The notes under the pieces are model-generated. The model saw only the letters and a list, made by a program, of their open reading frames with translations. It was not told the DNA's origin and ran no database searches. Below, in pieces: positions 40,570-50,500 of a stretch of DNA of 64,000 bases (position 1 is the first letter of the stretch; each line of letters starts with the position of its first letter). The stretch is taken from assembly GCA_040954595.2 (NCBI GenBank), contig CM082590.2, forward strand, positions 10,318,088 through 10,382,087. Reading direction: 5' to 3'. The DNA is from Balanoglossus misakiensis (lineage: Eukaryota > Animalia > Hemichordata). The translations under genes were made by a program, and so were the position numbers.

Positions 40570-41536
40570 CACCTTCAGGTAAAAGCATAGCCTTCCTGAA
40601 CCCTTCGCCATCACCATGTGTTCTCGAAAAAGTGGAAATTTACCGCACTATATTGCAGCATAACTACCATGATCTTATTTGCACCGCAGCGGTGCAAATT
40701 CTTATTTGCACCGCAGCGGTGCAAATAAGAGTTCCCTGCACCGCAACGATCTGACCGTTCTTTATTCACTCCTCGGCGACAAAAAAGTTTTATTACGGCT
40801 TAAATAACAACTTTTTCGCTCCTTGGTTGGTCATTCGGACGCGGAAAGACACGATTTTAGCGAGTTTATCTTTCTCTCCTGTTGAGCACTCCGTATTCAG
40901 ACTTGCCCAAGTGAACCGCGACAAAAAAATGACCTAGTTTCCCTGCATGTTTCTTATACCCGACAGATAAAAAACCCAGCGTAGATATTGAAATGAATTG
41001 GATTAATGAAAATGATAAAAATTACAATGAAAATGTCGTTAAAAGTTCTCAAAAAAAAGAAATAGAAAAAATAGTGGTTTCGAACCAACATCAGTTGACA
41101 CCTTCAGGTAAAAGCATAGCCTTCCTGAACTCCGCCATCACCGTGTGTACTCGAAAAAGTGGAAATTTACCGCACTATATTGCAGCATAACTACCATGAT
41201 CTTATTTGCACCGCGGCGGTGCAAATTCTTATTTGCACCGCAGCGGTGCAAATAAGAGTTCCCTGCACCGCAACGATCTGACCGTTCTTTATTCACTCCT
41301 CGGCGACAAAAAAGTTTTATTAAGGCCTAAATAACGACTTTTTCGCTCCTTGGTTGGTCATTCGGACGCGAAAAGACACGGTTTTAGCGAGTTTATCTTT
41401 CTCTCTCCTGATGAGCACTCCGTATTCAGACTTGCCCAAGTGAACCGCGACAAAAAAATGACCAAGTTTCCCTTCACGTTACTTATACACGACAGATAAA
41501 AAACGCAGCGTAGATATTGAAATGAATTGGATTTAT
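40570..41536. repeat. ~530-bp unit as a 1.8-copy tandem (block 2)
   Basis: Units start at 40570 and 41099. Left and right junctions with the satellite are the same as in block 1. Confidence 0.92.
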
Positions 41537-42786
41537 AACCCATCGCAAAGTCGGAATTCGTCATTTTTTCATCATTTCCGTGGCCTATAACCCATGAAAA
41601 ATGACCACAGATGTCAAAATTTCCAAAATTCGCAAAGTCGGAATTCGTCATTTTTTCATCATTTCCATGGCCTATAACCCATGAAAAATGACCACAGATG
41701 TCAAAATTTCCAAAATTCGCAAACTGGGAATTCGTCATTTTATCATCATTTACATGGCCTATAACCCATGAAAAATGACCACAGATGTCAAAATTTCCAA
41801 AATTCGCAAAGTCGGAATTCGTCATTTTTTCATCATTTCCATGGCCTATAACCCATGAAAAATGACCACAGATGTCAAAATTTCAAAAATTCGCAAAGTC
41901 GGAATTCGTCATTTTTTCATCATTTCCATGGCCTATAACCCATGAAAAATGACCACAGATGTCAAAATTTCAAAAATTCGCAAAGTCGGAATTCGTCATT
42001 TTTTCATCATTTCCGTGGCCTATAACCCATGAAAAATGACCACAGATGTCAAAATTTCCAAAATTCGCAAAGTCGGAATTCGTCATTTTTTCATCATTTC
42101 CATGGCCTATAACCCATGAAAAATGACCACAGATGTCAAAATTTCCAAAATTCGCAAACTGGGAATTCGTCATTTTATCATCATTTACATGGCCTATAAC
42201 CCATGAAAAATGACCACAGATGTCAAAATTTCCAAAATTCGCAAAGTCGGAATTCGTCATTTTTTCATCATTTCCATGGCCTATAACCCATGAAAAATGA
42301 CCACAGATGTCAAAATTTCAAAAATTCGCAAAGTCGGAATTCGTCATTTTTTCATCATTTCCATGGCCTATAACCCATGAAAAATGACCACAGATGTCAA
42401 AATTTCCAAAATTCGCAAAGTCGGAATTCGTCATTTTTTCATCATTTCCATGGCCTATAACCCATGAAAAATGACCACAGATGTCAAAATTTCCAAAATT
42501 CGCAAAGTCGGAATTCGTCATTTTATCATCATTTCCGTGGCCTATAACCCATGAAAAGTGACCACAGATGTCAAAATTTCCGAAATTGGCAAAGTCGGCA
42601 TTCGTCATTTTATCGTCATTTCCATGGCCTATAACCCATGAAAAGTGACCACAGATGTCAAAATTTCCGAAATTGGCAAAGTCGGAATTCGTCATTTTAT
42701 CATCATTTCCCCACGGAAATGATGATAAAATGACGAATTCCGACTTTTGGAAATTTTGACATCTGTGGTCATTTTTTATGGGTTAT

Positions 42787-43920
42787 ATCCTAATAATATG
42801 AGGTAAAATTTAAGATGTATTAAGTTAAAACAGCGAAATATCTTTATTTTTTTAGCGTGCTTTTTGAGGGCCGAAAAAGTGTGCCCAAAAAGCACCGTTT
42901 TTGGCCCCTAAAAAGTACCATCGAAATTGGAGCCAGAATGGTGCGTGCTTTTTGGACACAGTTTTTTGGCCCCTAAAAAGCACAGTGGAAATTGTCATTT
43001 TTTGATGATTTTCATGCTCTATAAAATTCTTTACTTTTGATAAAAGCACCGTGGAAATTTGACTCAAGGTGGTGCTAGTCGAAAAATTATTAATTTTTGA
43101 TGATTTTCATGAGCTATAAACCATGATTTTTTTCAAAAATCGACGAAATTTTGAGAATTTGCAAAGTCGAAAAATTGTTATTTTTTGATTATTTTCATGA
43201 GCACTGTGGAAGCACGCAACAACTTGAGTCTTTCCACGGTGCTTTTTGGGGGCCAAAAAACTGGGCCCAAAAAGCACGCACATCCTTGAGTCAAATTTCC
43301 ACGGTGTTGTAGTTGTAAGTCCTGTAAGACAATTCTTGATAGCTGGAGATCTTTAAATTTGTAATGCATTAAAGTACTTAAACTGGTATCCTTTATCTTT
43401 CATTGTGCTTATTTCTGAGAATGAGTGTGTCTGTCTCTGTTTGTGTGTGTGTGTGTTAATTATAACAAGTTTGTAAACCCTTGAGAGACTACAGATATAA
43501 ATTTGTCAATCGATTTGTTGAACAAAGTGAAAAGTCGGCGCCAGATGAAAGGACTTTAATCCTAATAATATGAGGTAAAATTTAAGATGTATTAAGTTAA
43601 AATAGCGAAATATCTTATTTTTTCAGCGTGCTTTTTGAGGGCCGAAAAAGTGTGCCCAAAAAGCACCGTTTTTTGGCCCCTAAATTTGCAAAGTCGAAAA
43701 ATTGTCATTTTTTGATGATTTTCATGAGCACCGTGGAAATTTGACTCAACGATGTGCGTGCTTTTTGGGCCCAGTTTTTTGGCCCCCAAAAGCACCGTGG
43801 AAAGACTCAAATGGGTGCATGCTTTTTGGGGGCCAAAAAACTGTGCCCAAAAAGCACGCACCACCTTGAGTCAAATTTCCACGGTGCTTTTATCAAAAGT
43901 AAAGAATTTTTGAAAATTTC
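42787..43920. repeat. Patchwork of direct and inverted short modules (AAAAGCAC / GTGCTTTT / TTGGCCCC / GACTCAA) plus diverged satellite monomers
   Basis: 42787-42912 is repeated directly at 43559-43684. 43224-43306 is inverted relative to 43730-43810. 43022-43075 is inverted relative to 43858-43910. Confidence 0.85.
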
Positions 43921-44096
43921 ACCCATGAAAAATGACCACAGATGTCAAAATTTCAAAAATTCGCAAAGTGGGAATTCGTCATTTTTTCATCATTTCCATG
44001 GCCTATAACCCATGGAAAATGACCAGAGATGTCAAAATTTCCAAAATTCGCAAAGTTGGAATTCGTCATTTTATCATCATTTCCATGGCCTATAGC

Positions 44097-46735
44097 CACT
44101 TTTGTTTATTTATTAAAAATGTACGACTATCGACTTCATATTTTAATCCACACCTTCTAATGAAATGGCGAGTGTAAAATGAAACTTTTAAGTTGTAAAA
44201 ACACTCGGACAACCCGAAAAACACGGTCCAGAACCCGCTCAATGAACCGGCCGCCATTGATCCCAGAGTCCTTTGCGGAAGAGATTGTTCTATTCAATCT
44301 AGGGGTGTCCGGCTATGTTTCTAGCGCCCCCAACACGTTTACATTTTCCTCACTTTTGTTTATTTATTAAAAATGTACGACTATCGACTTCATATTTTAA
44401 CCCACACCTTCTAATGAAATGGCGAGTGTAAAACAAAACGTTTAAGTTGTGAAAACTCTCGAACAATCCGAAAAACACGGTCCATGGATCGGCCCATCGA
44501 CCGGCCGCCATTGATCCCAGAGTCCTTTGCGGAAGAGATTGTTCTATTCAATCTAGGGGTGTCCGGCTATGTTTCTAGCGCCCCCAACACGTTTACATTT
44601 TCCTCTCTTTTGTTTATTTATTAAAAATGTACGACTATCGACTTTATGTTGCAACCCACCCCTTCTAATGAAATGGCGAGTGTAAAATAAAACTTTTAAG
44701 TTGTAAAAACACTCGGACAACCCGAAAAACACGGTACAGGGTGAGTAGCACAGTTTTTAAGGGAATGCGTGAGTGGCACAGTTTTTAAGGGAATGCGTGA
44801 GTGGCACAGTTTTTAAGGGAATGCATGAGTGGCACAGTTTTTAAGGGAATGCATGAGTGGCACAGTTTTTAAGGGAATGCATGAGTGGCACAGTTTTTAA
44901 GGGAATGCATGAGTGGCACAGTTTTTAAGGGAATGCGTGAGTGGCACAGTTTTTAAGGGAATGCGTGAGTGGCACAGTTTTTAAGGGAATGCATGAGTGG
45001 CACAGTTTTTAAGGGAATGCATGAGTGGCACAGTTTTTAAGGGAATGCATGAGTGGCACAGTTTTTAAGGGAATGCATGAGAGGCACAGTTTTTAAGGGA
45101 ATGCATGAGAGGCACAGTTTTTAAGGGAATGCATGAGTGGCACAGTTTTTAAGGGAATGCATGAGTGGCACAGTTTTTAAGGGAATGCATGAGTGGCACA
45201 GTTTTTAAGGGAATGCATGAGTGGCACAGTTTTTAAGGGAATGCGTGAGTGGCACAGTTTTTAAGGGAATGCATGAGTGGCACAGTTTTTAAGGGAATGC
45301 GTGAGTGGCACAGTTTTTAAGGGAATGCATGAGTGGCACAGTTTTTAAGGGAATGCATGAGTGGCACAGTTTTTAAGGGAATGCATGAGTGGCACAGTTT
45401 TTAAGGGAATGCATGAGTGGCACAGTTTTTAAGGGAATGCGTGAGTGGCACAGTTTTTAAGGGAATGCATGAGTGGCACAGTTTTTAAGGGAATGCGTGA
45501 GTGGCACAGTTTTTAAGGGAATGCATGAGTGGCACAGTTTTTAAGGGAATGCGTGAGTGGCACAGTTTTTAAGGGAATGGGTGAGTGGCACAGTTTTTAA
45601 GGGAATGGGTGAGTGGCACAGTTTTTAAGGGAATGCGTGAGTGGCACAGTTTTTAAGGGAATGCGTGAGTGGCACAGTTTTTAAGGGAATGCATGAGTGG
45701 CACAGTTTTTAAGGGAATGCGTGAGTGGCACAGTTTTTAAGGGAATGCATGAGTGGCACAGTTTTTAAGGGAATGCATGAGTGGCACAGTTTTTAAGGGA
45801 ATGCATGAGTGGCACAGTTTTTAAGGGAATGCATGAGTGGCACAGTTTTAAGGGAATGCGTGAGTGGCACAGTTTTTAAGGGAATGCATGAGTGGCACAG
45901 TTTTTAAGGGAATGCATGAGTGGCACAGTTTTTAAGGGAATGCATGAGTGGCACAGTTTTTAAGGGAATGCATGAGTGGCACAGTTTTTAAGGGAATGCG
46001 TGAGTGGCACAGTTTTTAAGGGAATGCGTGAGTGGCACAGTTTTTAAGGGAATGGGTGGTTGGCACAGTTATTATACAACAAGAAAATAGTTTTTCAAGA
46101 ATATTGCAACGTTTGGCTTTCCATAGAGGACAATGTAAACGTGTTGGTAGCGCTAGATACATAGCCGGACACCCCTAGATTGAATAGAACAATCTCTTCC
46201 GCAAAGGACTCTGGGATCAATGGCGGCCGGTCGATGGCCCGATCCATGGACCGTGTTTTTCGGACTGTTCGAGAGTTTTTACAACTTAAAAGTTTTATTT
46301 TACACTCGCCATTTCATTAGAAGGTGTGGGTTAAAATATGAAGTCGATAGTCGTACATTTTAAATAAATAAACAAAAGTGAGGAAAATGTAAACGTGTTG
46401 GGGGCGCTAGCACATAACCGGACACCCCTAGATTGAATAGAACAATCTCTTCCGCAAAGGACTCTGGGATCAATGGCGGCCGGTCGATGGCCCGATCCAT
46501 GGACCGTGTTTTTCGGACTGTTCGAGAGTTTTTACAACTTAAAAGTTTCATTTTACACTCGCCATTTCATTAGAAGGTGTGGATTAAAATATGAAGTCGA
46601 TAGTCGTACATTTTTAATAAATAAACAAAAGTGAGGAAAATGTAAACGTGTTGGGGGCGCTAGAAACATAGCCGGACACCCCTAGATTGAATAGAACAAT
46701 CTCTTCCGCAAAGGACTCTGGGATCAATGGCGGCC
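44097..46735. mobile_element. Foldback-like structure: inverted arms made of 254-bp tandem units flanking a 28-bp minisatellite
   Basis: Forward units start at 44097, 44351 and 44605 (to ~44735). Reverse-complement units span 46133-46735. No transposase or target-site duplication seen, so mobility is unproven. Confidence 0.6.
44743..46070. repeat. 28-bp minisatellite (~47 copies)
   Basis: Unit GAGTGGCACAGTTTTTAAGGGAATGC(A/G)T. Confidence 0.98.
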
Positions 46736-47171
46736 GTTCATGGAGGCCGCCATTTTGTGTAACGCGGACCTTGTAGAACGCAAGTTCGTTCGCATCTAGT
46801 TCACCCTTAAACTTGATTATTCCGCGCGATATTCATACCATAATGTCTGATATATATAAAAATATGGGAAATTTATTGCACCTAGGAAGAAAACGTTTAT
46901 AAGTGAATCATTGGTTTCGAACAACGTTGTATTCTTGGCACGGCTGTTCTTCATTGAGGCTAGAATGTTCTTGGCACATGGGTATGAAAATAGTTTTTGT
47001 CCATAATTTGACTTACAGTTAATTGTATGTGTAAAAAATGACGACGATGGTATCAGAACTGCTACTAAATACGAGCTCGCTGTGATTTTTTTATGTGACA
47101 GTGTGTTGCCTAGGTAACGTGAATGTTTAACAACATTTGCATTGCGTGGTTCGTTACTAGTAACTGTGGCA
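46726..47171 (+). promoter_or_regulatory. Candidate ORC4 promoter / 5' region
   Basis: Inverted pair AATGGCGGCC..GGCCGCCATTTT (YY1-like) at 46726-46756, a CpG-rich stretch to ~46830, and X-box-like GTTGCCTAGGTAAC at 47105. Confidence 0.5.
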
Positions 47172-47426
47172 ATGAGTAGAAGAAAATCGACCGCCCCAGC
47201 AGCAATAACTGTTACTGAAGAGAAATGTTTTGGAGAAGTCCAGCGGATTTTGAGGGAGAAACTTTCTCAGAAGTGTGTTCCGGACGAAATATTTGGCCTC
47301 AATGACCAGAGAAGGTAGGTTACGATGACGATGATGTTGTTGATGATGATGATGATGATGATGATGTTGATGATGATGATGATGATGATGATGATGACGA
47401 TGACGATGATGTTGTTGTTGATGATG

Positions 47427-47512
<86 letters not shown>

Positions 47513-50500
47513 ATTTCAGACATTTACTAGATCTGTTGAAACGATGTGTAACCATGGGTGAAAGTAACTCTGCTCTGGTGATCGGACCACGAGGAAGTGG
47601 TAAAACCATGGTGAGTACAAAAGCAGTTATTTCCAGATGATGTTGAAGAGCACTCAGAGAAATGTCTAGAATTGACACAAAGCTTTTAAAAAATTTGTTT
47701 TATTTTCATTCGTGCAGTTGTTGCAGAGTGTTATCAATGAAGTGAAATCAGAGATAGCAGCAAAAGGGAATCTATTGGAAGTTCATTTGAACGGTTTACT
47801 ACAGACAGACGACAGGATCGCTCTGAAGGAAATCACCCGACAACTTCAACTGGAAAACACATTGGGAGACAAAGTATTTGTAAGTCTCTTTATTGTTGCT
47901 TTGGTAGCCATTTGTGATTGGCTGATAAGGTTGAAAATGTGTCGTATTTTGGTCAAACGACCAATCAGTTGCAGCAGCTTGAAGTCTTATGGTAGCCATT
48001 GTGTGATTGGCTGATAAGGTTGAAAATGTGCCAATCACAATGCCTTTACTATCTTGTGTTTATTGTTCTTTGAAGGGATCATTTGCTGAAACTTTGGCGT
48101 TCCTTTTGGAGGCTTTGAAAAGTGGTAAGTACATGTAGAAGTTTTAGAAGCCTTGTTAATTAATACTTATTGTTTTCTAGAGCAACTTCTGCAGGGGGAG
48201 ATGAGAGATGAACAGATCAAACATTAATTAAATCAAAATCTTTGTATATTTTTCAGGGGACAAGTCTTCACAACCTGTCCTGTTTGTATTAGAAGAGTTC
48301 GATCTGTTTGCACATCACAAAAACCAGACCCTGCTGTACAACCTCTTTGACATTTCACAATCTGCACAGACGCCAGTGGTTGTGATTGGAATCACATGTC
48401 GACTGGTAAGTGGACAAAGTCAATCACTTCAGATTACCATTGCAACAGTTTCTCATTTTCGTGACTCCTCAATAGGCAATAGACACACCAGTACATACGA
48501 AAAAATGCACATGGACACACACACACACACAGATGCATACACTGGGGGCAAAACCATGATGGTGAAAATGATTTTCTTTCTTTGACAGGATGTCATTGAG
48601 CTTCTGGAGAAGAGAGTTAAATCGCGATTCTCACACCGACAAATTTACATCTTCAGTGCATTGTCCTTTGAGGAGTACAAGAAAGCTTTTGTAGAAATTC
48701 TGAGTCTTCCAAAAACATTCCAAGACAGAAAATTCATGCAACAATGGAACCAGCATATACAGGTAAGCTGAACCAATCAGGTGATGGGAGTTACTAAGTG
48801 GCAGCATGTGATTGGCTGTCGCAACATCGGTTACAACATCTTACAGACGAAACAAAACAGCAAACCAATTTATTTTATCATATGCACATCTTAATTACCA
48901 GCAACTATCAGTTTCATTGGTGGCTTTTTGTTGACGTAAAATCAATTGTTACATGTCTTTCTTTAATTTTGTGTTTGTAGAGTTTGTCGGAAGAGAAGAT
49001 GACAACAGATGTGTTACAGAGACTCTACAACACTGACAAGAATATCCGAGCTTTGAAGTCACTGCTGGTAAGAGAACAATGTTCAGATGCAGACAGGAAC
49101 ACATTCAATAACATTTTAAATGAAATACAGTTGAACCTATCTGTAGTGGCCAGTCAAGGGACTTTCTGAAACTGGCCTTTATAGACAGGTCAATTAATTG
49201 CACATGTTAATTGCACAGGGACTGCAGCGAAGTGGCCACTAACAGTTCAGGTTTGACTGTATTGTTGCCAGCTCAGGAGGCCATTTGTCCAACACAGGAA
49301 GGCAAATAGTCTCCTGTCAAACAGCTTATGTTGTCTTTTGTCAGATTCTTCCCGTGTGCAAGCTGACATCTAATCATTCCCGACTGGAGAGTACACATTT
49401 CCTGGAATCTAGTCAGTATCTGACAATGGATTCAAAGGCGGCCATGTTACATGGTGAGTTTGTATATGACTTTATATCCGCGTACTTCTTGAGTAACAAT
49501 TCTGATGATGGATTGTAAACCTTTTATTCTTGTGAATTTAGCATATTTTTAAAAACTTGAAGAACTCTGATCAAGGGTAATGTGAAGTAAATTTATATGA
49601 AAGCAAATATTTTGCAAGTTTTCCTCACAAATATACACACACCCACCCCACTCCAAACCTGACCTTCATGGCAATATCTTAATGGTGCTTTCTTAAATAC
49701 ATAAGGACTTCCTATTTTTGTATTTAGTTTACAAGAATGGCCAAATTTGAGTTTGGTCATTCTTGTCTCTGTTTTTGTAAAGCTACATGAAACAGTAGTT
49801 GATAGAGGGCCCTGAATCTGTTGTTTTCAAATATATCAAACATTATTTTTTCAGGTGTATCAGTCCTGGAGCTGTGTTTGATTATAGCGATGAAACATCT
49901 AACATCATTATATGATGGAGACCCGGTCAATTTTGAAATGGTTTACAACGGTAAGTCAAGAAGTTTCATCATTATTGAACCGTTTTTTGTTTGTTTTTTG
50001 CTTCAGGGTGACTAAAGTTGGTAGCTATGCATGAAAATGCCTATCTAAGAACCACTCTGTGGTTGATTCCCTATGTAAGAACCTCGCTGTGGTTAATTCC
50101 CTATCTAAGAACCTCGATGTGGTTAATTCCCTATCTAAGAACCTCGATGTGGGTAATTCCCTATCTAAGAACCTCGCTGTGGTTAATTCCCTATCTAAGA
50201 ACCTCGCTGTGGTTAATTCCCTATCTAAGAACCTCGCTGTGGTTAATTCCCTATCTAAGAACCTCGCTGTGGTTAATTCCCTATCTAAGAACCTCAATGT
50301 GGTTAATTCCCTATCTAAGAACCTCGCTGTGGTTAATTCCCTATCTAAGAACCTCAATGTGGTTAATTCCCTATCTAAGAACCTCGCTGTGGTTAATTCC
50401 CTATCTAAGAACCTCGATGTGGTTAATTCCCTATCTAAGAACCACGCTGTGGTTAATTCCCTATCTAAGAACCTCGCTGTGGTTAATTCCCTATGTAAGA

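Larger units (their letters stand above)
30841..42710. repeat. 87-bp satellite A (~115 monomers) with higher-order structure, interrupted twice
   Basis: Unit TATAACCCATGAAAAATGACCACAGATGTCAAAATTTCCAAAATTCGCAAAGTCGGAATTCGTCATTTTTTCATCATTTCCATGGCC. Two more monomers lie at 43921-44094. Confidence 0.98.

Noticed and set aside
35450-40588. 1712-aa ORF and similar 29-aa-repeat ORFs at 30773-42695
   Set aside because: Translation of the 87-bp satellite: 87 is divisible by 3 and one frame lacks stops. Stops and frameshifts occur in other monomers, and the related 88-bp satellite keeps the DNA motifs but not the frame.
44743-46070. 28-bp and 30-bp arrays as CRISPR-like repeats
   Set aside because: Units are directly adjacent with no unique spacers, there are no cas genes, and the context is eukaryotic.
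47903-48030. Duplicated GGTAGCCATT(T)GTGATTGGCTGATAAGGTTGAAAATGTG with CCAAT boxes in ORC4 intron 3
   Set aside because: A two-copy local duplication with no independent evidence of function.
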